In this document: positions 25,647 to 39,864 of the stretch, in pieces
Numbering within the stretch: position 1 is the first letter of the stretch
Layout: every line of letters starts with the position of its first letter
Origin: Octopus vulgaris
Taxonomy: Eukaryota
Assembly (NCBI GenBank): GCA_951406725.2
Contig: OX597819.1
Location: 112,282,001 to 112,346,000 of the forward strand
Direction of reading: 5' to 3'
DNA: 64,000 nucleotides
Position numbers and translations under genes: made by a program
Notes under the pieces: model-generated
What the model saw: only the letters and a program-made list of their open reading frames with translations
What the model was told of the DNA's origin: nothing
The model's database searches: none

Positions 25647-26649
25647 TGTGTGTGTGTGAGTATGTATGTAAACAAACACAGATACTCATTTTCCATATTG
25701 GATGATTCAAAAGGAGCTGGATAGCCAGAGGATTGCATCAAGATCCAATGTCTGCCTTGCAGTGGTTTCTACAGCCTGATGGCCTTCCCAATATGCTATT
25801 CACACACATACACACACACACAATTGCATACACACACATGTGCTCATTCCCAAATTTCAGTTCAACAGAATCTTGTAGTAGCTGAGTAGGTAAAACACCC
25901 AACTAAAGCCCTTTTAAGTTATCGGTTCAAATCCCGTCAAAGTAAACATTACCTTCCATATTTTTAAGGCTACTAAATTTGGTTCTATTCACTCTACACA
26001 CTCCTCGAACCCCTGTCACACACAAACTGGTGACTTTGTATCCAAATTAGAAATTGTAATTCCAGTCCAATAAATGTTGTGTATGTGAGAGAGAGAGAGC
26101 TTGTGTTTGTGTGTGTGAGAGAGAGAGAGAGAGAGAGGGAGCTTGTGTGTGTGTGTTTGAAAGATTTTGTGAGATTGTGCATGAGATTGTATGTGACTGT
26201 GTGAATGTGGGCACAAAGGGAGTTTGTGTTGACAGGTGGGTTGCAAGTATGTTATTGCACAGCCCAAACCAACCCTGATCAAGTAGACCTATGATGAAAC
26301 ACATTCTAGTGATGACTGTCCCATCATTTTCTCATATACAGGGAACCCAAAACGATATTATCTAGCAGGCTTTTACCTAACATGGTGGGATATTGAGGCA
26401 GATTTTACTGTTATCTCTAGCACCACATTATGGTTCCTACACCAGCTTGAGCAAGAATTCTGGTGCAAATAGGCACATACATTTGTAAGTAAATATATGA
26501 ATACTTATTGTTATTTTTCCATGAAGCAGTCAAAATAAGGGAATACTATCTGAAAAATATTCTACCAAATTTATTTATGTATAGCATTTAGTAAATCACA
26601 ATTTAGCAATTATCTAAATTTATGTCAGTGGGCTATTTGAGTTATATCC

Positions 26650-26869
26650 CTTACTCTATTTTTTTTTTACTTGTTTCAGTCATCTGATTTTGGCCATGCT
26701 GAAGCACTGCCTTTAGTCGAGCAAATCGATCCCAGGACTTATTCTTTGTAAGCCTAGTACTTATTCTATTGGTCTCTTTTGCTGAACCGCTAAGTTATGG
26801 GACGTAAACACACCGCCATCAGTTGTCAAGCGATGTTGGGGGAACAAACACAGACACACAAACATATAG

Positions 26870-26921
<52 letters not shown>

Positions 26922-27095
26922 AACATATATATACGAAAGGCTTCTTTCAGTTTCCGTCTACCAAATCCACTCACAAGGCTTTGGTCAGCCCGAGGCTATA
27001 GTAGAAGACACTTGCCCAAGGTACCACGCAGTGGGACTGAACCTGGAACCATGTGGTTGGTAAGTGAGCTATTTACCACACAGCCACTCCTGCGC
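26650..27095 (-). mobile_element. SINE family B, full-length copy
   Basis: Same head, CORE-like block, spacer and tail as 11095-11497. Confidence 0.9.
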
Positions 27096-27364
27096 TGATA
27101 GTTCATCTTAATTTTGAAGATACTAGGTAGTTTTATCTTTTACTTATTTTAGTCATTGGATTGTGACTATACTAGGGTACTGCACTGAAGGGGTCAAACA
27201 ATTCAACCCCAGTACATATTTTTCTAAGTCAGATATTTTTATCCTATCGGTCTCTTTTCCCAAACTTCTAAATTACATAGATGAAAACAAACCAACACTG
27301 GTTGTCACATCGTGACAGGACACAAACCATGCACACACAAATATATATATGTGTGTGTATATAA

Positions 27365-27585
27365 ATATCCCTCGTTGTCTGATTGCATCTCTGCTTAATC
27401 AAAGAGTTCCCTACTGCTAGTAATTGAAGACTATGCTTGCCACTGAACCTTTCCTGGCAAGAATGGTCAGAAGAGATGAGAAGTTCTCTATAATTATATC
27501 CAATGAGAACAACAATGGTTAGCACTCAATGGATAAAGAAGAATCCATTCTGAACCGAAGACCTGAAAAAAAAAAAAAAAAAAAG
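27365..27585 (+). pseudogene. Mariner-type transposase fragment nested within a SINE B copy
   Basis: Reads IPRCLIASLLNQRVPYC**LKTMLATEPFLARMVRRDEK[fs]LYNYIQ*EQQWL, in register with the mariner WVPHEL...R...C..L.......EPFL.R.VTGDEKW.LY.N.....W motif series. Flanked by a SINE B tail (~27135-27330) and head (~27595-27705). Confidence 0.75.
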
Positions 27586-28464
27586 AATTGATCTGTGTTT
27601 GGTGGGCTTCAATAAAAAACACTTGCCCAAGGTATGGCTCAGTGGGACTGAAACTGAAATCATGTAGTTGCAAAACAAGCTTGTTAACCACACAGCTATG
27701 CCTGCACTCAGTTTGTTAGAGATTTTGGGGTACTGCACTAAATGTCATGTCTATAGTAGTTCATAGCTATAGAGGTGATATGGTGGTTAACTAGATATAA
27801 TTTTACCAAGTAGCTGTAGAAATGTAGTAATAGCTGGAATAAATATGAAGATATAGATGTCTATTAAGCCTCATGCTCAGATTTCTTTTGCTCTAGTTTC
27901 ACAGTTTTCAGCAGATGTTAGATAAATTTCCCTGTGCATAGAACTCTAGTTATTTTCAGGTAACACACCCATGAGAACAGGTGTCTATTGCTGACAGGTA
28001 GATGAACTGATCCAATTCAAAATATAGTGTTAATTACTAACAGGTAGGTGAACTGATGCTCTGTGGATTATCATGTTCTGCTTCACAGCACTATATTCAC
28101 TGAAACAAGGAGCATGCTGCACATTTTGATAGAGAGAAGATAATTGTATTGGGTGCAGTGTGACAGTTGGATATAGTACACACTTTCCATTACTCTATAC
28201 CAACTACTGTTGTTTAACCATAGGCCAGCCCTGATCGAGCAGACTTATGATTAAAGTTGTTCCAATCATAACTACTCCATCTTGTTGTCTATCAAGGGCT
28301 ACATGGTTTAATTTTATCCTCTCTTTCTAAAACAATAGGGTATGTCTTGAAGGAGATTTGCTGAGAGTTTAAGCAGGTCTGGTGATTTGGGATTGACTCC
28401 CTCTTTGGTTTAGTATTCTTATGGATTCTAATGGTGATAATAGCAGAAATGAGCAAGTAATCAT

Positions 28465-28895
28465 TATTATTTTAACATCCACTTTTCTACGTTTCCATGG
28501 GTGGGACATAGTTTATTGAAGCAGATTTTCTACAGCTAGATGCTCTTCCTGACACCAACTTTTACCTATTTCCAAGCAAGGAAATATTTCACTCCAGCCA
28601 GACATGTTTTTGCAGACTATTGGAAGTAAATGACATTGCTTGTATGATGATGACAGTCATTTGCAACTATCATGTGACATCAAAAGGAAGAGACACAACC
28701 ATACATACATTCACACTCACATTCATACATACATGTCAGTGTGTAGTGTGAGAGAGAGAGAGAGAGAGAAGCTCTTAGTTTCTATCAACTAAATCCACTC
28801 ACAAGGTACTCGCTCAAGGCGTTAGAATGAAAAGATTAAACCCAAAATATGATTGAGAATCAAATGTCTTACCCACACAGTCATATCTGCACCTG
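28465..28895 (-). mobile_element. SINE family G: family-B-like head with a different body and a family-C/RTE-type tail
   Basis: + strand text runs catccacttttc..gcagattttctacagctagatgc..tttccaagcaagg..cagacatgtttt..ggaa..gtcaa..[CA/GA]..aaatccactcacaagg..cttacccacacagtca. Similar copies: ~24475-24870, 33950-34305, 59480-59730 and 62140-62600. Confidence 0.7.
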
Positions 28896-29784
28896 TAACT
28901 GTCAGAGCATGACAGTCGCTTTCCCTCTGTGTACAGAGGACATCTACTTCCCAATATATTGAAGATATTGATGCTGCCAATAGCTTTCATTGTATTTAGT
29001 TATATTCCTGTATATCTGAACTGCATAGAAGAGATAGTATATTTTAGGGATTTAGAAGACTAGCAGAAGGAAGTAAACAGATATTACTGCCAAACTAATG
29101 GCACAAGTGAATCCAAAATCTTGTTTTCGGTAAAAAGATAGCACTAATGAACAATTCAAAACAGTTCTGATTCTTAAAGATAGTTACAATTTTGAGAAAA
29201 TCAGGTTTGGTACAAGCTATTGTACCTTCTTTCATAACTGCTTGAAAGTTAGCAACAGATCAACAAAGATACAGAAAATAAGAGGGGGAAAAAAGGAATA
29301 CATATATAGACAAATATATAGAAAGAGATAGAGAGAAAAATTCAGATATATCAGATACCACATGGCATAAATTCCTAACTTATTTAAACTCTTCTACCTC
29401 CAAAAGTATGTATAGTAATTACCAAATAGCAATTAAGATCAATTCTATTTTAAAAAGGGAGTTAATCTCACAGGTGAATAATTCTCCAAAATTAACATGC
29501 CATTAAGGAAAAGGACAAGCTTATTGAATTAAGATAAAAGAACAATCGTGAACACATGTTTCTAGCTCAATAACTGTTTGACAACATCTCTAGTGGCCAA
29601 GGGACATTTTCAAAAATAAGTGGAACACATTGAGGGTCCAGCTAAGAAAAATAATTCAGAATGGCCAATGCTATGTAATTGAGCAGTATAGAAAAATGCA
29701 AGTATATCCAATAACATACAACATAATTTTTAATTTATCAAAAGCTCTCTCTACCTCCAGAGGATGTTACATAATTACCATCTA

Positions 29785-30134
29785 AGCGTGATCACTGCCA
29801 GAGCAGCTGACTGGCTTCTGTACTGGTGGCACGTAAAAAGCACCATTCAAACGTGATTGTTACCAGTGTCGCCTTACTGGCACATGTGCTGGTGGCATGT
29901 AAAAAATACCACTTGAGTGTAGCCATTGCCAGTACCGCCTGACTGGCTCTCATGCTGGTGGCACGTAAATGCACCCACTATACTCTCGGAGTGGTTGGCA
30001 TTAAGAAGGGCATCCATCTGTAGAAACTCTGCCAGATCAGATTGGAGCCTGGTGCAGCCATCTGGTTTGCCAATCCTCAGTCAAATCGTCCAACCCATGC
30101 TAGCATGGAAAGCGAACATTAAACGATGATGACA
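29785..30134 (+). mobile_element. Family C retroelement with tandem internal subunits
   Basis: Three GGTGGCA(C/T)GTAAA(AA)GCACC-type subunits, then the conserved 3' block and a (GAT)n tail. Other + copies: 31497-31792, 33655-33930, 43490-43790, 44878-45105, 51203-51389, 52880-53042, 56615-56942 and 58790-59032. Confidence 0.85.
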
Positions 30135-31819
30135 ATATATATATATATTATATACACACAACAAATATTTTTTTAAGACTTCACCTGTAAAACTGTTCTA
30201 TTTCAGTTTCTGAAAACTACAAGAGAGAATCTTTTCTAAAAGAAAAGAAGACAGAAAGAAAGAAATGGACTGAAGGAGTAAGGAAAGAAAGAAAAAAGAT
30301 AGGATGAATGAAAACACTTAAGAAAGAAAGAAAGAATGGGGAAACAAATAAATGAAGAAAGAAAGAAAGAATGAACAAAGGAAGAAGTGAGGGAAGGAAA
30401 AATAAGAACAAAAAAAAGATGAAAGTGAGAAAAAAGAAAGGATATCTAAATAATATACCTCCTTAGTTTAGATTTACTCATTAATCAGAGATATCTAATC
30501 TGTTTTCTAACAACTTCACAGAATCATCAGCACTATGGATAGTGTTCCATTAAATATTAGGCTCTTCATGTTATTCCTCAAAGGACTTTTCTCTGAACTG
30601 TCTTTCTGAAGTCTCCAATTGGACATACATATAAAACAAGTTTGGAATATCAACACTTTACATACACATATACATACATATATATATATGTATTGTGTGT
30701 TATATGAATAAATGTGCATATAAAAAGAGCAAGTCAGGGAAATGTCAACAAGGTAATACAGAGTATGAACAAAGGGTTATGGAAACAAAGAGGGTTCAAG
30801 CTGACCTTGTCTCAATCGGGGTTCCGCTGACCCAGAATAGGAGGGCAAGCTGGTTGACAGCCTGCTGAGTGACAACAGAAGGCACCCTCACTAAACCCTG
30901 AATGATGTCTGCTTTTTGCAGACATCACTAGCCTCAAGCATCTCAGGCTGGAGTAGAGTATGTGCAATAAGAAGAAAATAATTTTTGATGTCATTGAGTG
31001 TATGCCTGCATTTAATATCTTATTTGACTGTAAAGAGTGCTCTTTCAGTTAATCTTTGAGGTTTTTTTATGTACAATTTTACATATAACACACAAAAATA
31101 GACACACACATACACATGTATGAAAAAGTATATATGTTTCTTTATTACCCACAAGGGGCTAAACATAGAGGGGACAAACAAGGACAGACAAACGGATTAA
31201 GTCAATTACATCGATCCCAGTGCGTAACTGGTACTTAATTTTATCGACCCCTAAAGGATGAAAGGCAAAGTCGACCTCGGCGGAATTTGAACTCAGAATG
31301 TAACGGCAGATGAAATACGGCTACGTATTTCGCTCAGCGAGCTAACAGTTCTGCCAGCTCGCCACCTTTTATGGAAAAGTATATAATTAAACAAATGTAT
31401 AAAAGAGCATAACTTTAGCATATTGCAGCTGATACCTACACACATACACACACACACACACACATGCATGCATACAGATTGATAAATAAATAAAAAGTTC
31501 GAGCGAGGTCGTTGCCAGTGCCACAGGACTGGTTCCTGTGCAGGTGGCACATAAAAAGCACCATTTGAGCATGGCCGTTGCCAGTACCACCTGACTGGCC
31601 CTTGTGCTGATGGCATGTAAAAGCACCCTCTACACTCTCGGAGTGGTTGGTGTTAGGAAGGGCATCCAACTGTAGAAACTTTGTCAGATCAGATTGGAGT
31701 CTGGTGCAGCCATCTAGTTCACCAGACCTCAGTCAAATCGTCCAACCCATGCTAGCATGGAAAGCGGATGTTAAACGATGATGATGATGATGCTATATAT
31801 ATATATATATGAAAATTGC

Positions 31820-32165
31820 AGATAATATGCCCAAAAGTATGATAACTGAGGGTATGATAGTCATAGATATAAAAATTGTGGGTATAGTAGCCATAAATAT
31901 AATAAAATAACTGTAGAAATGATCACTGTGGAAATGATAATTATATACATGGTAACTGTGGATATGATAATCATAGGTATGATAACCATGGATATGATAG
32001 TCATAAATAAAATAACTGTGAATATGATAGTCATAGATATTATAATGATGGATATGATAGTCACAGGTATGATAATTGTGGTTATAATAGCTACAGATAT
32101 AAATGAGAATATAAAAGCCTAGTATATGATAATTGTTAATATGATTGTCATGGATATGATATCTG
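31820..32165. repeat. Degenerate 15-bp minisatellite
   Basis: Units such as gatatgatagtcata and ggtatgataaccatg. This explains the YDYHI/MIITV-type low-complexity ORFs on both strands. Confidence 0.85.
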
Positions 32166-32955
32166 TTTATGTTGTGGCTGTTATTGTTTAGCGCTATGCC
32201 ATCTGCAATCAAGGAAACCAATAATTTTTTTTTTTTTATCTGCTGTAGGCAGGAAGGCCCAAAATTTTATGGAGTGGGCAATTCGATTGCATCAACCTCA
32301 CTGCTCAACTGGTATATATTTTTATAACCTCACAAGGATAAAAAGCAAAAGTGACCCCAGTAGAATTTGAACTCAAAACGTAAAGCCAGAAAAAAGCTGC
32401 TAAACGTTTTGTTCAACTTGCTAATATGTCTGCCAACTCACTGCTTGCAGCCAACCAATGATACAAGGTAATCCAGTCATTATTGTCTGCACTGTGAAGT
32501 CCAAATTACATTACTGAATGCATGCTTCCTTCTTCTTTTCATTTTTTTAAATATATAAGATGTAATTTGAGGGAAAATTGACTGTTATTTCTAGCATGTC
32601 AAGTAATTATACTGAGGTACCCTCATTAGCTCATAGCCACTTATATGATATTCAGAGATGCGGTTACTGTGGTATATGATAGGCCTAGATATGAAAAATA
32701 CAGGAGCAGTTGTGAGGAAACATTTCAAACAACACAAAAAATAAATCAATAACCTATCAAAGAAATATAAGGCCTATGTATTAAAATAGCAAGATCAATA
32801 AAGCTCTCTCGCCCCCTCACTCACTATGTATGTGTAAGTGTGTGTGTGTGTGGATATATGTGAGTGTGTCTGTGTATATGTATGTGCACATGTGTACACA
32901 CACATGTATGCACTTCTGAGTATATGCACTTCTGAGTATACACACACACACACAC

Positions 32956-32991
<36 letters not shown>

Positions 32992-35900
32992 GCATGCATG
33001 AGTGTGCACTTGCAAATATATGCTTTGTGTTTGTGCACACGTTTGTGTGTGTGTGTGTGTGACTATATATATTTGTACTTACAACTGTATAGACATTACT
33101 ATATATAGGTGCATACATGCATATGCATGGCATAAATGCATGTCTACATATATGCACATTTGAACATATATATGTGTGTGTGTGTGTGTGTGCGTGTATA
33201 TATATATATGCATTTATATATACATATATATATACACACACACACATACACACAAATATAGATATTTTTCTCTCTTTCTCTCTATGTATGTATATGTGTG
33301 TTATATATATATATGTGTGTGTGCATGTATGTGTGTGTATAGATATATATAGATATATAAAACTCATTAGACAGCATTATTTTCTTTGATAATTTCACAC
33401 ATACTTTTAAGGCATACATTAGTTTTTAAATAAGCATACAATTTTAGACTCACTGTAAAATGTAATCTAAAGAGTTTCATCATAGATTTTTTTTTTATCT
33501 CTTTGTGAGCAGAGAACAGGAGATCAGTCTGACTTGTTTCAAGTCTTCTTAGACCTATATCAAAAGAAGAATATCCATCTTCTGCCCACAGAAACAGATT
33601 AATAACTTAACCCTTTTGATACCAACCCAGCTGAAACTGCCAAGTTCTAGTACTACGTGAAAAGCACACATGCTAATACCAAGTAAAAAGCACCTGTGCT
33701 GGTGCCATATAAAAAGCACTTGTGCTGGTGCCACATAAGAAGCACCTGTACCAGGACCACATAAAAAAAGCACCCAGTACACTCCATAAAGTGGTTGACA
33801 ATAGGAAAAGCATTCAGCTTTAGAAACCAAACCAAGACAGACAACTGGAGCCTGGTGCAGCTGGCCAGCTCCAGTCAAACTGTCCAACCCATGATAGCAT
33901 GGAAAATGAACATTAAATGATGATGATGATATACCATCATAATCATCATTGAACATCCACTTTCCATAACTGCATGGCTCAGACTGAATTTGTCAAAGCA
34001 GATTTTCTACACACAGATGCCCTTCTTGTCTCCAACCTTCATGTGTTTGTAAGTAAGGTAATGTTTTCCCATAACTTGACATGCTTTTCACAGAAGACTG
34101 GAAATGCACGACCTCATTTGTATAATGATAAGGCTCGTTTACAATCATCAAGTAATGTCTCAACAGGGGTACAGGCAAACACACACACATATATGATGGG
34201 CTTCTTTTAACTCCCATCTACCAAACCCACTTAGAAGTGCCCTAAGTACTGTGCAGCGGGTCACAGAACCCAAGACCATGATTGGAAAGCAAGCTTCTTA
34301 ACCATATATATATATATAAACAAACACATGCATATATGCAAATATGCACCCACATTAATAAAAACAATGTAAGACAGAAGGTATGACTACCTCTCTGGTG
34401 CTGATGCCATGACAAAATGCACCAAGTAAACTCTGTAAAGTCGTTGGTGAACGAACAGGGTGTACATAAGGTTGAAAGGGCTCTTTAGTCTTGACAAAGA
34501 CATGATAACCTCTCAATGCTGATGTTATGATAAAATATGTACCTAATACATTCTTTTATGTTGTTTAAGCTGATGGTGATAGGAAGGGCATCCAGTCATA
34601 GGAACCAAGCCAAAAACCAATATGAGCATGCAAGCTGCTCATCTAGGCGGGCAGTATCTCAGACCATGGCTACCTGTCCAATCAAAGCCAGCATGGAAAG
34701 TGAATATAAAACAACAATGATTATGATACATAAACTGGCAAGGCACATATACACACATGCCTGCTTAATACAAACTGCATTAATGAAATAACAACGCATT
34801 CTTGTTAACATTACAACACAATTCACTTCTCTCCTTTCTCAATATTTCACATAAATATCATCATCATCACCATCATCTAACATCTGCTTTTTATGTTGGC
34901 ATTAGTAGGATGGTTTGACAAGGAATCTGCGAGCTGCAGGGCTGCATCAAGCTCCAATGTCATTTTTGGCATGGTTTCTATGATGCCTTTCCTAATGCCA
35001 ACCACTTCACAGAGTGTACAAGGTGCTTTTTCGTGCCTCTTGCATCAGGAAGGTGGCAGTCAAATAAATCAACTGCAGTATTTGACTTGTACTTTATTTA
35101 ATCAAACCCTGGAAGAAAAAAAAGGCAAAGATGACTTTGACCAGAATTGAACTCAAAATACAAAGATCTAGAATAAAATACTGCAAAGTATTGTGTCTGA
35201 CACTAACAATTCTGTCAATCCACAGACCTAACAATATTCTTTTACTAGTTTCAATCATGGGACTAAGACCATGCTGGAGCAACACTAATGAAAATAACAA
35301 TAAAAGAGAGACAATCAAGAAATTTTTTTACAGCAAACATCAAAAATGAAAGACGTCTGCGACAAGAAAAAATTTCCAAGTATCAAAAGCAAAAAATAGC
35401 ATCAGTTCATTTTCTTCCAAAGCAGAGTATATATTTCTGCAACCAACACGTAAAGAATTATAGCTGAATGTGGAAAATAATTCATTGAGACTTGACAACA
35501 AAGGATTTCTTTTTTTTTACTTCAACATTACAAGGAGGAATTTGCTGCGTTGGTTGGCGCAACATGAAATGAAGCTATGAGATGACATTAGATATACAAC
35601 ACAAAAAAACTGTTTTGACGGTAGATGCATGGGATGCAACAAAAGCGTCGCTAGTACCAGTGCCACCCACACTAAACCCCCACCATCACACACCATATCA
35701 TATCATCATTCCCATCACAAGTACCATCAGCAGCAGCAGCAACACTACCAACCTGCTAGCAGAAAATTCGAACGTTATGCAGGCAATAGACAGATTCTTA
35801 TTCTATGAATAAGTATGCATGATTAAATTTAATGTGTGTGTGTGTGTGTGTATGTGTAGTCATAGATAAGACTACAAGATTCTAAGCAAAAGACACACAT

Positions 35901-36550
35901 ATACTTCAAATGGGTATTGTTTCTTTCCTTGTTTCTTTCTCATTTCTCTTACCTTGCTCCTACTTTGATAAAGAGTTCACCCGGAACATCTGTCTACTTC
36001 ATTTCCTTTCCTTTTACTGGCATGCTACTCATTGTGCACAGCTTTTATAGTCAATTTTTTGCCTATGTTTACATTTTGTCCATCACCTTTCAAAATTTTG
36101 TCTACCTGTTGTAACCATTCACATTGTCCCACTGTCTGTCACTTATTCCCCTCATTCCACTTGATATACTGCGTTTGAATAAAAGATGGATGATCATGGA
36201 TGAGATAGCTTTTTATCAGAGGTCTGTTGGATGTGGACATACCCAGGGACTAAAAAACAATGACAGCAACTGAAGATAATATGAATAAAGATTAACCATT
36301 TTATGTTCTTGAGAGTGTAATCAACATCATCACAGATACTTACCCCAGCCTTGTTTCATGAGGATATTTCTAAGATAGCCACAGGGCCATGCATGGACAG
36401 TGGAGATCCACCAAGATATAACTTGCATTAAAAGTTACACTACACTACTTCTACCACACTACAGGTAGCCATAACAGAAACGCAGTTTGTTAAGTGCAGG
36501 CTAATAAGTGATTCAGAAGTAAGTTTTCATCAAATGAAAATACACATATA

Positions 36551-36898
36551 CAGGCGCAGGAGTGGCTGTGTGGTAAGTAGCTTGCTTACCAACCACATGG
36601 TTCTGGGTTCATTCCCACTGCGTGGCACCTTGGGCAAGTGTCTTCTACTATAGCCTCAGGCCGACCAAAGCCTTGTGAGTGGATTTGGTAGATGAAAACT
36701 GAAAGAAGCCCGTCGTGTTTATGTATATATATGTGTGTCTGTCACCCCCAACATCACTTGACAACTTAGCAGTTTGGCAAAAGAGACTGATAGAATAAGT
36801 ACAAGGCTTACAAAGAATAAGTCCTGGGGTCAATTTGCTTGACTAAAGGCGGTGCTCCAGCATGGCTGCAGTCAAATGACTGAAACAAGTAAAAGAGA
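36551..36898 (+). mobile_element. SINE family B copy (short internal deletion)
   Basis: aggcgcaggagtggctgtgtggtaagtagc..gggttcattcccac..ccttgggcaagtgtc..gactgaaacaagtaaaagag. Confidence 0.9.
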
Positions 36899-37624
36899 TA
36901 TAATGAAAAGAAAAATCATTAGCCCTAATGATAATTTTTGTCAGGAGAGGCAACGCAAATATATGTAAAATTGAAATCGAATAAAAGTTAAATGAAGACA
37001 TACAGTAAGAAATTATGAAAATTCAGGGCATGTTTCAGCATAATTAGACCTCTTCAGCAAATTGAGCCAACCATGTGATTACCAAATTATACAAGGATTA
37101 GGCAATTTAAGATTTAATGGAAATAAACCCTGCTTTTATATAAATTGCCTTAAAATTGATACTTTCACTGAAACTAGCTATAGCAGAGATGCAATACAAA
37201 ATAACATGGTGTATCAAAGAGATATCACAGAACAGAACACACTGTGCTACAAATATACTTCAGGAGAGTTAATGGCATGAAAGAAAATTTCTTCCTTTAC
37301 ACAGAGAGAGAAAGAGAGAAGTGCAAGAAGCAACCAAAGATGAAACAGAGAGATATACTGCAAGGCAATTATAAAACATATATATCATTACATCACAAAT
37401 ATAAAGTACTGCCACCCTCAACACTACTACAACGATGATGACGATGACAACCTGAACCGTTTTTTATCTCGCTTTTATCCTCCTGCCAGAAACCATATGA
37501 GCTTAGAAGTGTGGATATTTCAAGACTATCATTATAAAAAAGCATTTCATTGTGTGTGTGTATGTATGTGTGTGTGAGTATGTAGTAATTCTATATAGTT
37601 AATTCAACAAAAAAGAATATGAAA

Positions 37625-38126
<502 letters not shown>

Positions 38127-38129
<3 letters not shown>

Positions 38130-38944
38130 AAAATGAAAAGAAAATGGAAATTTATGATGGACATATTCTAATTTATTAACATAATATATTATTATTATTA
38201 TTATTATTATTATATAATATGATATAATATAATATAATAAAATATAAATATTATCATCTTACAATTTTTTAGATTCAGACCCAATAATGAATTTATAAAA
38301 ACTCATGTTTTTGAGTAAGAATCTCATCAGGGAAATATTTGACAAAAATTACATATGTGGAGTTTAACGACCATTATATTAGTATTTATTAATTTTTTTT
38401 ATTAATTTTGATTTTTCTTTTATTATATATATTATCTTAAATTGTTGACGTTCACACTAACAAACAAACATAAACATATTCAATTCAGTCTATTCTAGAA
38501 TCTAAAACTCCACATATGTAATTTTTGTCAAATATTTGCCTGATGAGATTCTTAACCAAAAACATGAATTTTTATAAACTCATTATTGGGTCTGAATCAA
38601 AATAATCGTATGATTGTAGTATTTATATCATATTATATTATCCTAATATAATATTATGTTAATAAATTAAAATATCGTAAATCTCCATTTTCTTTTCATT
38701 TTTGTGAATTTACAAACATTCATGTTTTTGAGTAAGAATCTCGTCAGAGAAATATTTGACAAAAATTACATACGATCAGTTTTAGATCCTAGAACAGGCT
38801 GAATTAAATATGTTTATGTTTGTAAGTGTGAGCATAAATAATATTTTAAAAAGTATATAATAAAAATATATAATAAAAACAAAAAATCAAAATGAATAAA
38901 TAAAATTATATAACTGTCATAAAACTCCTATGTAATTTTTGTCA
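38127..38944. repeat. Nested foldback (long inverted repeats)
   Basis: 38127-38365 is the approximate reverse complement of 38505-38705. 38720-38944 is the approximate reverse complement of 38340-38566. Confidence 0.85.
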
Positions 38945-39208
38945 TTCACCTGTTTTTCTTTGTTTTCACACCAGACATATGATTCCATTAATCATTGGAT
39001 ACTTTTGGATAATACTAACTACTGGAGCTGTGGGTTACCAAACAATGGTGAACTTCCCTTCATCAATACATTTCATGCCATAGTAATGGATTACTTAACT
39101 GTCTGATTTGCATCATTCTGTCTAGCCAATAACTGTAGCATGCTTCCCTCTTTGATATGCTCCAGTACTTTATGTATCCCCTGTAATCCTCTCTTTCACA
39201 TACATATG

Positions 39209-39790
39209 GTTTCTGATTACAAACATCTTGGGTCATACATATCATCATCTGGAAAAGATTTTCTAACTAGAAAGGGTATGGCCTGGTCAGCCTGTAATGA
39301 CATGCATAAGATCTGGTCATCAAATCTAAGTAGAGACTTCAAACTTGAAATCTTCAAAGCCACAGTCGAACCAATTCTACTATATGGCTCAGAAACCTGG
39401 ACATTATCAAAGAAGCTTGAGAGGCGGTTGGATGGAACCTACACTCACCTCCTTATGAGAGCTCAAAATCTCTCGTGGAAGCGTCATCCAACCAAAATGC
39501 AAATATATGGGAAACTACAACCTGTGTCATCTCTTGTGAAAGGTAGGAGAGTCCAGTTTGCTGGACATTGTTGTAGAGCTGAAAACGAGGCAATTTCTCC
39601 TCTTCTCCTCTGGAAGCCATCTACTCGCAATACCAGAGGGCACACACTCTCCTACCCTGATGTAATCTCCAGGGATACAGGCATCAAGCAACAGGACCTC
39701 CGTAATGCTATGATGGACCGTGAAGTCTGGCGTACATGGTAAATTCCATTGTCTCGACCACGGTCGAACAATGATGATGATGATGATGAT
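39209..39790 (+). mobile_element. 5'-truncated RTE-type LINE (RT C-terminal region plus (GAT)n tail)
   Basis: About 175 uninterrupted codons: DYKHLGSYI..AWSACNDMHKIW..FKATVEPILLYGSETWTL..RRLDGTYT..RRVQFAGHC..AMMDREVWR. A (GAT)n tail follows about 45 nt later. Confidence 0.92.
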
Positions 39791-39864
39791 ATATATATAT
39801 TGATAAAAATGGTAAGACAACAAAAGAATGAAAGAGACCTCAATATTATGTAAATAGAGGAATT

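Noticed and set aside
27526-27585. A-run read as a retrocopy poly(A) tail or as a strong minus-strand acceptor (T-run + CAG)
   Set aside because: All three frames after the acceptor stop within 23 codons, and the segment is explained as a + strand mariner transposase remnant.
31793-32221. His/Tyr-rich 142-aa ORF
   Set aside because: Explained by a 15-bp minisatellite that is open in several frames on both strands. No splice or signal evidence.
38540-38565. CTGATGA hammerhead core (also at 901 and 6664)
   Set aside because: No correctly placed stem II, GAAA and stem I.
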